The notes under the pieces were generated by a model. That model saw only the letters and a program-made list of their open reading frames with translations, searched no databases and was not told the origin of the DNA. The translations under genes and the position numbers were made by a program. From Ostreococcus lucimarinus (lineage: Eukaryota), in NCBI GenBank assembly GCA_000092065.1, contig CP000585.1: 64,000 nucleotides of DNA; one strand, 5' to 3'. Shown piece by piece: positions 21,982 to 32,020 of the stretch; position 1 is the stretch's first letter; the number at the start of each line of letters is the position of its first letter.

Positions 21982-22722
21982 CTAACGATCGGGCGAAAGA
22001 GGTCTAAGTTCGACGGATTTGCTTCGCACGTGGCGCGGCACGCTTCGCGAGCGCCGACCGAACGCGAATCGATACAACACTCCCAGCGTGCGATGCACGC
22101 AGAGCGCCAAGATGAGCGTGTACGTCGCCTGAAACAAAGTGTTTATGTGTCGATCCGTCGCGTAAGGCTTCAGAAGATCGATTTGTTTCATCTTTGCCTT
22201 CATCTTTCGACGCACAGGCGCTAGATTGCTTTGTACGTTTCTGATTTGCCGCGCGTACCCGCGCTTGGCGCGCTCGCCCGCGTTCTTCAGCGCCGGCGCC
22301 GCCTTACGCATCCCGTCTTCAATCAACGGTTTCGCATCGCGAACGAGCGTCTTCGCGCGTTTCACACCCTCATTCGCCGCATCCTTCGCCATTCGCACCA
22401 CTTCCGCCGCACCCGCGCCTCGGCGCGCTTCCTCCAGAGCCTCCTCCAGTTTCGCCACCTCCGCCCGCGCCTTCTTCTTCTCCGCCGCCTCGAAATTCGC
22501 CCGCGCTCGCTCCCGCATCGCCTCGCCTCGAAACTTCGCCGCCTCCGATTTCGCCGCGCCGACGTCCCGCCGCATCGCGCTCAGGTGCCTCTGGCACTCC
22601 GCGACGCCCTCGTTCGCCTCCGCGCGTCCCGCCGCGAGCGCGCACGCGCACGCGCACGCGCACGCCGCGACCAACCTCACCGTCGTCCGACGCCGTCCGC
22701 GCGCGCGTCCCGACGCCCGCAT
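21982..22722 (-). CDS. hypothetical protein: long charged helical region plus C-terminal hydrophobic segment. Possibly the last exon of a multi-exon gene.
   Basis: ORF of 246 aa with Ala/Glu/Lys/Arg-rich helix and a TM-like NTLFQATYTLILALCV. The upstream in-frame sequence ends ...ASTATK then TGA within a GTGAGC donor-like context. A further upstream exon-like block PWHDPMNPSNWKEEH ends at a GTGCGT donor near 23235. Confidence 0.3.
   Translation of the reverse strand: MRASGRARGRRRTTVRLVAACACACACALAAGRAEANEGVAECQRHLSAMRRDVGAAKSEAAKFRGEAMRERARANFEAAEKKKARAEVAKLEEALEEARRGAGAAEVVRMAKDAANEGVKRAKTLVRDAKPLIEDGMRKAAPALKNAGERAKRGYARQIRNVQSNLAPVRRKMKAKMKQIDLLKPYATDRHINTLFQATYTLILALCVHRTLGVLYRFAFGRRSRSVPRHVRSKSVELRPLSPDR
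22643..22668. repeat. (GCGCAC)4 hexanucleotide repeat
   Basis: gcgcacgcgcacgcgcacgcgcac read directly. It encodes the ACACACA stretch of the hypothetical ORF. Confidence 0.8.
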
Positions 22723-23770
22723 GTCCGCCGCTCACTTCGTCGCCGTCGACGCGCGCAGCGCGAACCCGTGCGCGAACACGAGCACCGCCAGCGCCGCGCC
22801 CACCGGCGCCCCGATCTTAATCCTCGAATCGCTCGACCGCCTGACCGCGATCCCGAGCGCCGGTATCGCCGGCGCGAGCGCGATCGGCCAGAGGTTTCCG
22901 TATTCCACCGCGCGCGTTCGTCTCGCGTCGCGCGCGTCGCTCGCGTCGCGCATGCGCGCGCCGCGATCTGTCGCGCGGGCCGTCGGTCTTCTTCTTCGCG
23001 TTACAATCGATCGTCGCGCGCGCTACGAGCTACGACAGCGCGCTTCTCGCGCCCGCGATCACCACCGCCCATCCACCGAGCACGGCGAACACCACCTGCG
23101 TCGCGTCGCGCGCGTCAGTCGTGGAATTCGCGTCGCATCGGCGTCGAGGGCGTCTCGGATCGATCGATCGATCGCGCGCGTCGCGGCGTCGCGCGATCGA
23201 TCGCGCGTCGCGGTCGCGCGCGACGCGTCGCGAGACGCACGTGCTCCTCCTTCCAATTGCTCGGGTTCATGGGGTCGTGCCACGGGTAGGGCACCTTGGG
23301 CGGCGCGTTCGGGTCGCTCGCGTACGACCGGCGCGCGATCGTCGACGGCGCGCGCGCGGGCGCGTTCGCGAGCGCGCGATGCGCGACGCGACGGAGGGCG
23401 GCGTGCATGACGTCGAGCGACGGCGCGCGAGGGCGACGGTCGAGCGCGGGCGTCGACGAGCGTCGACGAGTGCGGGGGGGGGCGCGAGAGGGCGACGCGC
23501 GGGCGACGACGCGGCGCGGGAGAGGGTTCGAGGAAGGCGCGCGAGCGACGGGCGCGAACATCGATTGGGTGCGCGCGGTGTTTTTCTTCGCCGGGCTGGG
23601 GATCGGGTTGCGCGCGTTCGGCGAGCGGGGGGTGCGGGGACGCGCGAAGACGCGCGCGCGCGACGAAGGCGGGCGACGCGGCGGCGAGCCTTTGTAATAA
23701 TTTGTTGTAATCATCACATCACTAGGCGGCTAGCTATGGTCAAACGCTCGAACGTTCTTTACCGCTTTTT

Positions 23771-24475
23771 TTATTGCGGCGGCGGCGGCGGGACGTTCAT
23801 CATCCCGGGCGGCGGTGGCACGTTCATCATCCCGGGCGGCGGCGGCGCGTTCATCGTCCCGGGCGGCGGCGCGACGCCGGGCGGCGGCATCGCGAACCCA
23901 CCGACGGGGGCGAAACCGCCCATCATGGGTGGTGGTGGTATTCCACCCATCATTCCCGGCGGCGGCGGCGGCATGCCGACCATTCCGGGCGGAGGCGGCG
24001 GCAAACCCATCATGCCGCCCATCGCCGCGGGCGTGCTCGAGGGGCCGGCGCTGAACAACGTGTGCGGGCGAACCATCGTCGGTCGTTCGATCGATTGCGC
24101 GAGCAAACGCTCGGCTTGTGACCCATGACGCTCGCCTTTGCTATCCTTCTTGTACGCGTACTGAACGTTGATTTGCTTGTTGCACAAGAACTGTCCGTTC
24201 ATCGCCTCGATGGCGGCGTCCGAGGCCTCAAACGAATCGTACGCCACGAATCCGAATCCCTTGCTCGCCCCGTTATCCGGGTCGCGCATGATTTTAGGAG
24301 TGTTAATCACCACCCCGAACGCGCTGAAGGTGTCGTACAACAGCTTTTCGTCGATGTCTGGATCGAGGTTACCGATGAACAAGTTGGCGCCGACTTCGTC
24401 GCGTCTGTCGCCCACCGACTTGTTCACCTTGATCGGTTTCCCGAACAGTTTCACCATGTTCAAAATTTTAATACC
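23771..24475 (-). CDS. SF3B4: splicing factor 3B subunit 4 (SF3B4/SAP49), exon 2: rest of RRM1, RRM2, Pro/Gly/Met-rich tail
   Basis: [19 protein letters not shown]...[88 protein letters not shown] is close to human SF3B4. Acceptor tag sits just upstream. Coordinates in this stretch may be off by 1. Confidence 0.8.
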   Translation of the reverse strand, partial: GIKILNMVKLFGKPIKVNKSVGDRRDEVGANLFIGNLDPDIDEKLLYDTFSAFGVVINTPKIMRDPDNGASKGFGFVAYDSFEASDAAIEAMNGQFLCNKQINVQYAYKKDSKGERHGSQAERLLAQSIERPTMVRPHTLFSAGPSSTPAAMGGMMGLPPPPPGMVGMPPPPPGMMGGIPPPPMMGGFAPVGGFAMPPPGVAPPPGTMNAPPPPGMMNVPPPPGMMNVPPPPPQ

Positions 24476-24699
24476 CTACACGCGCACATCGCCATCGCAC
24501 CGTCTCGTCAGTCTCCACGTCGAGCTTCGATCGCGTCGCGTCTCCCATCGCGCGGTGACTCAGCCGAAGAAATTCAACCATAATATCGTCTAACCTCACG
24601 AGCGTGAACTCATCAGAAGCGCGGATATTTTTATCATCATCGTCACCGATCTCGCATCCCATCGCGTCGCGTCGCGTCGCGTCGCGTCGCTCGACGCAC
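24476..24699 (-). other. spliceosomal intron (about 223 nt) of SF3B4, donor GTGCGT after ...EEDAEY, acceptor TAG before GGTATTAAA
   Basis: Phase-0 junction gives [20 protein letters not shown], matching human [20 protein letters not shown]. Confidence 0.65.
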
Positions 24700-24954
24700 G
24701 TATTCCGCGTCTTCCTCGTTTCTGAACTCCACGAACCCGTACCCCTGGTGCGTGCTCGTCACCCTATCCTTCGGCACGTACACGTTCGTCACCGGTCCCG
24801 CCTGCAGGAACAGCTCCCACAGCACCTCCTCCGTGACTTGCGGGTCGAGATTCCCGACGTACACCGTCGCCTCGGCGTTCCTATCCGCGCCGTGCTGCCC
24901 GAGCAAGTTCACGCCCGCGCCCGCGGTGATTCGCCCGCCTGCGATCGGCGCCAT
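24700..24954 (-). CDS. SF3B4: SF3B4 exon 1 (N-terminus and first half of RRM1)
   Basis: ATG at 24954..24952 (MAPIAGGRI...). [57 protein letters not shown] matches human [57 protein letters not shown]. Confidence 0.8.
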
Positions 24955-25437
24955 TCGTCCGTCAGTCGCCGCATCGCGCGCGCATCGCGCCGCGCGCGTC
25001 GCTCGTCGCGCGATTCGCGTTCGTCGTCGTCGCGCGTCGCCGTCGAATCGCGCGCGAACGCACCCGCGCTCCCACCGACGCTCGCCATCGTCGTCGACGC
25101 CTCGCGCGGTGTCGCGCCTTCTCGTTCGCGCCGTCGCGCGTCGCGCCCTCGCGCGCGCGCGCGCGCGCGAGACGGTCGACGCGCTTCTTTCGCGCGTTCG
25201 CGCGCGCTCGGAGCGCTTTTTCGAGCGTCGCGCGGCGCTGTGCGGCGACCGGGACGCGAATCGCGCCGCGTCCCGGTCGCGCCGCCGCCGCTCGGCGCCG
25301 CATTTCGCGCCTCGCCGCGCGCGCGTCGACGCCCCGTCGCCGAGCCGCGCGCGTCGAGCGCGCGAAACGCCGCGTCGCGGTCGCCTCGCGCGCGCCTCGC
25401 GTCGGTTCGCGCGCTCGACGCGCCGCGCGCGCGCGCC

Positions 25438-25995
25438 ATGCGCCCGCTCGAGGAGTCCGAGCTCGAGCAGGTGCTCGCGAAGCTGTTCCAGTTCGTCGGG
25501 AAGAACATCGAGCGGGTGCTGCGGCGCGCGGACGCGCCGCACTCGCTGCGATTGCACAAGAAGCGGGTGTACTACGTGCGGGACGAGGTGATGCGGCGGG
25601 CGACGAGCGTCGGACGGGAGCAGTTGGTGGCGCTGGGGACGTGCCTGGGGAAGTTTACGCACAGCGATAAGTTTCGGTTGACGATCGGGGCGCTGGACGT
25701 GCTGGCGGCGCACGCCAAGTATAAGATGTGGGTGAAACCGACGAGCGAGATGGGGTTCATGTACGGGAATCACCTGCTGAAGAGCGGGTTGGGGAGGATA
25801 TCGGAGAACACGCCGGCGAACGCGGGGGTGGTGATTTACTCGATGGCGGACGTGCCGGTGGGATTCGGCGTCGCGGCGAAGAGCACGCAGGATTGTCGTA
25901 AATTAGACCCGAGCGCGATCGTGGCGTATCATCTCGCGGACGTGGGGGAGTACTTGCGCGCGGAAGACACGTTCGTGAGCGGGAAGAAGGATTGA
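25438..25995 (+). CDS. NIP7: 60S ribosome subunit biogenesis protein NIP7
   Basis: ATG 25438. [23 protein letters not shown]...[10 protein letters not shown]...LGTCLGKFT...[17 protein letters not shown]...[15 protein letters not shown] is collinear with human NIP7 (PUA domain). 185 aa. Confidence 0.9.
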   Translation: MRPLEESELEQVLAKLFQFVGKNIERVLRRADAPHSLRLHKKRVYYVRDEVMRRATSVGREQLVALGTCLGKFTHSDKFRLTIGALDVLAAHAKYKMWVKPTSEMGFMYGNHLLKSGLGRISENTPANAGVVIYSMADVPVGFGVAAKSTQDCRKLDPSAIVAYHLADVGEYLRAEDTFVSGKKD

Positions 25996-26099
25996 CGAGT
26001 TTGGTTCGTCGAGCGTCGTTCGATGCGTGAAAAATATTCCTAGTAGTCTAATCGTCGTTTCGTTCGTCGTCATCGTTCGTTCGTCGTCTCGCGTTCGTC

Positions 26100-27050
26100 T
26101 CACTCGATGCCATCGGCCGCGTCCACGACCGGGATGCGCACCATGAATCCGACGCTGTCGCCCTCGCGTTCCGTCTGCGCGCCGTACCGAAACACGAGCT
26201 CGAAGAAATTCGCGTTGTGCGAAATCCCCAACAACAGCGTGCTCGGATGGCTCGCGCACCCCAAAAACCCGCGCTGAAGATGTTTCACGCTCAGCGTCAC
26301 GCTCGTCCCGATCGCCGCGCTCTTAATCTCCGCTAATCTCGCCGCCACCCCCCCCGCCTCGGGCGCGCCCTCGTCGTACTCGTCCGCCTCCTCCGGCAGC
26401 ACGCGCAGACCGCGATACTCCATCCCGAGCGCTCGCACGCTCCCCCCGCTCGCATTCATGTACAGCCCCCCCTGCCGCGTCGTCGTCACCTCCACCACAT
26501 CGCTCACCCGCGCGAACCGCTCCACGCACTCCCGCAGCGATTCCAACGCGAACCGGTCGCACTCCAACCAATACCCCACGTCCCGCACGCTCGCCTCCAC
26601 CGCCGCCTCGCACGCCCTGACCTCCTCCCCCCTCAGCGGTCCCACCACCGGCACGTCCCGCTCCACCTCCACGCTCGCCTCCGTCGTCTTAAAGTTTACG
26701 CACGGCGCGCTCGCGCTCGCCGCGCTTCGTCGCCGTTTGATCAGCCTGCACTCCGCCCGCGTCGCCTCCAGCGCGATCATCCCTCGCACCGTCCCCGCCA
26801 GCGCGCTCGGCTCGAGCTTCACCGCGATCTTATCGTCGCACGCGGACGAGATCCTGCACCGCTCGAACACCTCGTCGACGCGAAAGTCGGCGTGCGCGGC
26901 GACGCCGTCGGCGACGCGCGAGCTTTGGACGACGCGAACCGTCGTCGGCGTCAGCAGCAGCGTCGCCTCGCCGCCGAGCCGGTCGAACACGGGGGCGAAG
27001 CGATCGAGCCAGCGCGCGCCGACGTCGCCGAGCGTCGCGCGGAACTTCAT
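26100..27050 (-). CDS. HUS1: HUS1-like checkpoint clamp (9-1-1) subunit
   Basis: ORF 26100..27197. Start at MKFRATLGD (ATG 27050..27048) mirrors the human HUS1 start MKFRAKIVD. About 316 aa, typical of HUS1. Overall similarity is weak. Confidence 0.55.
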   Translation of the reverse strand: MKFRATLGDVGARWLDRFAPVFDRLGGEATLLLTPTTVRVVQSSRVADGVAAHADFRVDEVFERCRISSACDDKIAVKLEPSALAGTVRGMIALEATRAECRLIKRRRSAASASAPCVNFKTTEASVEVERDVPVVGPLRGEEVRACEAAVEASVRDVGYWLECDRFALESLRECVERFARVSDVVEVTTTRQGGLYMNASGGSVRALGMEYRGLRVLPEEADEYDEGAPEAGGVAARLAEIKSAAIGTSVTLSVKHLQRGFLGCASHPSTLLLGISHNANFFELVFRYGAQTEREGDSVGFMVRIPVVDAADGIE

Positions 27051-27128
27051 CGCGCGCGGCGTCGCGATGTGTCGCGACGAATTCAAATTTAAATCCGAGC
27101 TGTCGGCGACACATCTCGACGCACCGCG
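27051..27128. promoter_or_regulatory. putative bidirectional promoter, HUS1-like (-) / RECQL4-like (+), 78 bp between start codons
   Basis: Inferred from the divergent start codons. Confidence 0.25.
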
Positions 27129-30100
27129 ATGTCGCGGCGCGTCGACGCGATGCGCGACGCGTGCGAGACGTGGCGGGAGACGTTCTCGACGACGCACGGG
27201 CGAAGCGCGACGCGCGCGGACGTCGAGCGCGACGCGAACGCGCGATTAATGTTTCGAGCGTATAAAAATGCGAGAGACGGACGAGGGGGGGGCGACGACG
27301 ACGGCGCGAGGGACGCGGCGCGCGCGACGCCGAGGAAGAGGACGACGCGAACGTACGGCGAGATGCGCGAGATGCTGCGCGAGGGGGGGGAGAGCGATGG
27401 GGAGAGCGATGGGGAGGCGATCGAGGCGACGCCGATCAAGACGCGCGGCGACGGCGACGGCGACGGGACGACGCGAGCGAGCGACGCGCGAAGGTCGCCG
27501 AGATTGCTCGAAAAGCGCGCGAAAGGCGCGAACTGGGACGGGCGGGACGCGCTGCGGGAGATGGGGGGGAACGCGACGGCGGAGGGGGGGGGGGCGAGCG
27601 GGGCGAGGGCGAAACCGGCGTGCGCGCGGCCGCTGACGTGGACGGACGCGGAGCCGAGCGCGGGGGGGTTTAAATCGAGGCTCGCGAGGAGAGCGGGCGC
27701 GGGTGGAGAGGGCGGGTTCGCGGCGGTGAAACGGGCGCGAGACGAGGCGATCGAACGCGGCGGTGGGGTGGAAGATTTGCTGTGCGAGGCGACGGTGGCG
27801 GCGATGCGTAACGAGGCGGCGGCGCCGAAGAAGGCGACGATGGAGTTGAGCGTGAGCGCGATGTTGAAGCAGGACGGTTCGAAACGGCGTAAGAAACCTG
27901 CAGAACGATTCGTGGGCGCGGCGACGAGCGCCGGCGTCGCTCGTCGCGCGGTGACGTCGACGAGCGGCGCCGCGAGCGAGGACGCGGCGCCGAAACCGTC
28001 AAAGACGGCGGCGGAGATCCGCGCCGAGTTCGAGGCGGAGAAGGCCAGGGTGAAGGCGATGTCTGGTAAAGGTAACTACGTCAAGACGAACCTCAAACGC
28101 ACGTGGAAGTCCAAGGTGAAAAATGGCGCGCGCAAAAAGGCGGCGCAGCACTATCGATTCGGCGGCGGACGACGTTCAAAGAACAAGGCGGAGGATTACG
28201 AGGCGAAGGATAGAGATCCCAACGCACCGCCACCCGAGGCGCCTTCCGTGTGGGCTTCGGGAGAGTATCCACTCGAGCCTCCCCCTGAATGCGCGAACGC
28301 GACGGAAGACGAGAAATTGACGCCGGCGAAGAAGGCTTTGCGAGCGCGAGAAGTCGCAGACGGCATCGCGCGAGAGTACATCACGGCGGCGGCGGCGGAG
28401 AGCGCCAGAGCCGAAGCCGAGCGGCGAGCAAAGTTAGAAGTAGGACCAGAGATGCAAGCCGCGGTTTTGCGAGCGAAGAGCGATCCTAGCGAAGCGAATC
28501 TCACGGAAGTTCTCAATCGAGGATTCGGTCACGAACAGTTTCGTCCTGGACAACTCGAAATCGTTCAACGCGTGTTGCGCGGAGAAAACACGTTGGCGCT
28601 TTTGCCTACGGGTGCGGGGAAGAGTCTTACGTACCAGCTTCCCGCGTTACTGTTGCCCGGGCTCACCATCGTCATCTCGCCTTTGCTCGCGCTCATGGCG
28701 GATCAAATGGATTCTTTACCTCCGTCGCTTCCCGGCGGAGCTTTGCGAAGCGACATGGATCGGAGGGACATGTGGGAGACGCTCACTCGCTTGCGCGCGG
28801 GAGAACTTAAAGTGCTATTCGTATCTCCCGAAAGACTGCTGAATGAACACTTCGTGAATGATTTGCAGAACGTACCCGGCGGCGTTTCACTGGCGTGTAT
28901 CGATGAAGCGCATTGCGTGAGCGAATGGTCGCACAACTTTCGACCGGCATATCATCGATTGGGCCGCATCTTGAACGATCGAGTTCAAGCGCAGACCACG
29001 CTCGCGCTCACCGCGACGGCGACGAAGAAAACCGAAGTGTCATTGATCAAGCAGTTGGGTATCCCCAGCGAAGGCGTCATGCGAAATGTTCGAGTGAGAG
29101 ACAATTTAATTTTGTCCGTCATGCGCGTGCCCGACGTGGCGCGCGAAAGGACTCTGTGTCACATGTTGAAGCACGATGAATTGTTGCAAGAGGGGAGCAT
29201 CATCGTTTACACCGCGACACAGCGGGACTCCGAGCGCGTGGCGAGTTATCTATACAACGAAGGCATCAAGGCGAAAGCGTACCACGCAGGTCAAGAGCCT
29301 GCGCAGCGGAGACAGACGCAAGCTGAATTCATGATGAGCAGAGTACGCGTCGTCGTCGCCACAATCGCGTTCGGCATGGGTTTAGACAAATCCGACGTAC
29401 GCGCGGTGATAAATTTCTCCCTGCCGCGATCTCCCGAGGCATACATCCAACAAGCGGGGCGCGCGGGACGCGACGGAGCTCCCGCGGCGTGCGTCACTTT
29501 TCTCGATCCAAAGGATTATTTACGCTCGAGATCGCTGACATTTAGCGACGGAGTGGACCGACCTTCCATCACGAGACTTTTGCAATCTGTCTTCGAATCC
29601 GGCCCCGTGATGAAAAAAGCTAAAGACGAAGCGGAGTGGACACCGTGCGTGGGTGCGTTATCCGCGAGTGAGATGGAAATCAAGCTCGACATGCGCATAG
29701 AAGCTATCGAGACTGTGCTTTCGTGTTTGGATCTATGGGGTGAAGGTCTCATTGATATTCGTTCAAAAGACCCTTCGTCGGTGAACGAACTCGACGCCGC
29801 ACACGCCAAAGGTCTTATTCGGATCTTGCCGGATATTCGTTCGACGTGCGAGGCACAATTTTACGGGCGTTCGCCGGCAGAAATCGGCAAAGACTGCCCT
29901 CTCGCTGCAGCCATAGTGAAGCTCGTGCCAAAGCCGAAAGCGTCGATGTACAAATTCAAGATTGTTGACGCGTGCATGCACATGCAAACCGGTTTCGAAG
30001 ATGTCGCATCGCAGCTGAAGGCCATGTCGAAGAATGATAACGTGACGTACACGCTCTCCGATCGAGCAGTTGGTTTTGAAATCGTCCGCGCGCCACCAAA

Positions 30101-30575
30101 GGATATCATTCCTCTCGCGAAGGCACTCGCAGACCATTGCTCGGAGATTGAAGCGTGCTCGGTCGGGAAATTAGACGCACTGTACAACGCCATGGATGAA
30201 GCCGCTAACGCGGAGGACGAAGAAGCCCAAGGCGAGCACCTGCGCCAGTGTTTAGCAGAGTACCTGAACGAAGATTCCGACATGCTCCCGTCGCCGCCCG
30301 AGTGCGTCAAGCAAGAGTCGCAGCTCTTGGCGCCCGACATTAAAACTCTCCTCGCGCACAGAAGCGGTGGCAAGGTTGGCGGAGCGGGGATGATGACCGC
30401 GCGCGCCATTGCGCGTGTTCTGCACAAGCTCCATTCTCCGGCTTACCCGAGCAAGGAGTGGTCGCGACATCACACCTGGGGCCGACACGCTGAGGTTGAC
30501 TTTAAAGTCATCCTCTCTCGCGCTGAGGAGGCAATCGCGAAGGCGCGCGGGATCGATACAGGCGCTCTCAAGTAA
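27129..30575 (+). CDS. RECQL4: RecQ-family DNA helicase with RECQL4-like architecture
   Basis: ATG 27129. Long low-complexity basic N-terminus of about 470 aa. Helicase core ALLPTGAGKSLTYQLPALLLPGLTIVISPLLALMADQMDSLPP is near-identical to human RECQL4 motif I. Also DEAHCVSEWSHNFRP, LTATAT, YHAGQ, QQAGRAGRDG. No obvious RQC/HRDC domain. Confidence 0.82.
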   Translation: MSRRVDAMRDACETWRETFSTTHGRSATRADVERDANARLMFRAYKNARDGRGGGDDDGARDAARATPRKRTTRTYGEMREMLREGGESDGESDGEAIEATPIKTRGDGDGDGTTRASDARRSPRLLEKRAKGANWDGRDALREMGGNATAEGGGASGARAKPACARPLTWTDAEPSAGGFKSRLARRAGAGGEGGFAAVKRARDEAIERGGGVEDLLCEATVAAMRNEAAAPKKATMELSVSAMLKQDGSKRRKKPAERFVGAATSAGVARRAVTSTSGAASEDAAPKPSKTAAEIRAEFEAEKARVKAMSGKGNYVKTNLKRTWKSKVKNGARKKAAQHYRFGGGRRSKNKAEDYEAKDRDPNAPPPEAPSVWASGEYPLEPPPECANATEDEKLTPAKKALRAREVADGIAREYITAAAAESARAEAERRAKLEVGPEMQAAVLRAKSDPSEANLTEVLNRGFGHEQFRPGQLEIVQRVLRGENTLALLPTGAGKSLTYQLPALLLPGLTIVISPLLALMADQMDSLPPSLPGGALRSDMDRRDMWETLTRLRAGELKVLFVSPERLLNEHFVNDLQNVPGGVSLACIDEAHCVSEWSHNFRPAYHRLGRILNDRVQAQTTLALTATATKKTEVSLIKQLGIPSEGVMRNVRVRDNLILSVMRVPDVARERTLCHMLKHDELLQEGSIIVYTATQRDSERVASYLYNEGIKAKAYHAGQEPAQRRQTQAEFMMSRVRVVVATIAFGMGLDKSDVRAVINFSLPRSPEAYIQQAGRAGRDGAPAACVTFLDPKDYLRSRSLTFSDGVDRPSITRLLQSVFESGPVMKKAKDEAEWTPCVGALSASEMEIKLDMRIEAIETVLSCLDLWGEGLIDIRSKDPSSVNELDAAHAKGLIRILPDIRSTCEAQFYGRSPAEIGKDCPLAAAIVKLVPKPKASMYKFKIVDACMHMQTGFEDVASQLKAMSKNDNVTYTLSDRAVGFEIVRAPPKDIIPLAKALADHCSEIEACSVGKLDALYNAMDEAANAEDEEAQGEHLRQCLAEYLNEDSDMLPSPPECVKQESQLLAPDIKTLLAHRSGGKVGGAGMMTARAIARVLHKLHSPAYPSKEWSRHHTWGRHAEVDFKVILSRAEEAIAKARGIDTGALK

Positions 30576-30630
30576 TCACAATCGCGTAGCGAATGTTCTA
30601 GCAATATTATATTACACATAGGTAGACCGT

Positions 30631-31953
30631 TTATTTCAACAAGTCGCGAACTTGCCCAATGGACGCGATGCCGTCGCTGACGCCGCCCACGAGCGTCGAC
30701 CCGACGTTCGTCACGCCCGAAGCCACACCGCCTACGATCGTCGTACCAGCACCGAGAATGGTCGACGTTACGTTCCCGACGCCATCCGTCACTCCGCTAA
30801 AAATTTTTCTGTGAAAATCGTTGAGAATTTCCGTGACCAACCCGATGCCGACGTCTTTACCCAGTTGACCGGGTCGACCGATGAAATCGTTCATTTCAAA
30901 CTGCGTGAATTGGAAAGGCGTCGAAGCGACGGAATGAATCGTCAACGACCAGTCGTAGAACGTGAGATTGTTCACCTTCAACACCGTCGGCGCTCGCCGT
31001 AAAGAAAACGAGTTCAAATGCTTTTCTTCCTCGTCATCGATAGGGGAGGCTCTCTTCAGCTTGTCTAAAATTTCCGCCAAAGCGTATAGGCGTTTAGTGA
31101 CGTCCGATCCCGCATTTTGCAACGTTCCCAGCGCGGCACCAGGAAGTTTCATCGCCTCTTTCAGTTGCGCGTCAATGGCCTTTTGCGTCGCCTCGAGCGA
31201 ATTTGAGATACCCGCGAAAAACCCATCCGCCGCCGGCGCCGCTGCCTCTGCCTCAGATTTTTCCTCACCCTTCACCTCCACCACTTTCTCGTCTTCGCGC
31301 GCGCGCATGATTTTATAATTTTTCGCCCGTCCACGCTCCTCGAGCACGATCGACCCGCCGCTGACGAATATTTCGTCGACTTTCGTCGTGACAAATCCGA
31401 ACACAAAGTTCCCCACTTGCATCCGTCCCAGCGCGCTAAAAAAATCAATCGCAATTTTAATCTCGTCAAACTTCGCCAAATGCGGCGACGTGAACTCGGC
31501 AGCATCCGAGTTTCCGATCGTCAAACGTCGCAGTGTCACCTCGTTCATCCGCACGCGGCACGCGTCCAACGCGCACGTCGCCGTCGTTCGCTTCCGAAGC
31601 TCCATCAAACACCGGTTCCGCGCCCACTCATCGAAACGGTTGACGAAACGATCACGATTCGCGTACGCGAACGCCGCGAACCCGCACGCGACGACGATGA
31701 CGAGCGCGAAAACTTTCACGACCAAGCGAAACATCAAACCGACCAACGACGCGCCACCGAAAGTCATCGAGGACACGAATTTGATCTTTTGCGACTTCGC
31801 GAGGTCGAAGTTTCCACTGAGCACGTCTTCGCTCATCGCCACCGCGAGCGTCTTGAGGACGTCGGGCGCGAGGTCCTCCATCCTGAGGCGGCGAGGGGCG
31901 AGGCGACGAGTGCGGACTCGGTCGAACCACGAGAACGACTGAAAGCACTGCAA
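30631..31953 (-). CDS. hypothetical protein with N-terminal TM segment and C-terminal Gly/Val/Thr-rich repeat tail
   Basis: ORF of 440 aa. TM-like SLVGLMFRLVVKVFALVIVVACGFAAFAY. Tail GVTDGVGNVTSTILGAGTTIVGGVASGVTNVGSTLVGGVSDGIASIG. Plausible start at MEDLAPDV near 31881. No family recognised. Confidence 0.4.
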   Translation of the reverse strand: MQCFQSFSWFDRVRTRRLAPRRLRMEDLAPDVLKTLAVAMSEDVLSGNFDLAKSQKIKFVSSMTFGGASLVGLMFRLVVKVFALVIVVACGFAAFAYANRDRFVNRFDEWARNRCLMELRKRTTATCALDACRVRMNEVTLRRLTIGNSDAAEFTSPHLAKFDEIKIAIDFFSALGRMQVGNFVFGFVTTKVDEIFVSGGSIVLEERGRAKNYKIMRAREDEKVVEVKGEEKSEAEAAAPAADGFFAGISNSLEATQKAIDAQLKEAMKLPGAALGTLQNAGSDVTKRLYALAEILDKLKRASPIDDEEEKHLNSFSLRRAPTVLKVNNLTFYDWSLTIHSVASTPFQFTQFEMNDFIGRPGQLGKDVGIGLVTEILNDFHRKIFSGVTDGVGNVTSTILGAGTTIVGGVASGVTNVGSTLVGGVSDGIASIGQVRDLLK

Positions 31954-32020
31954 TTACAAGCTAAGCGCGCGCGACGCGGAAACGAACGAAACGCACGAAA
32001 TGTGTTCGCGTCGTCGCGGT

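Noticed and set aside
22226-23410. 394-aa and 352-aa plus-strand ORFs
   Set aside because: Near-pure Arg/Ala/Ser low complexity. They overlap a more protein-like minus-strand exon structure.
24643-25773. 376-aa minus-strand ORF and 279-aa and 216-aa ORFs nearby
   Set aside because: Only residues from MAPIAGG to EEDAEY (24700..24954) are SF3B4-homologous. The rest is Arg-rich read-through of the NIP7 upstream region.
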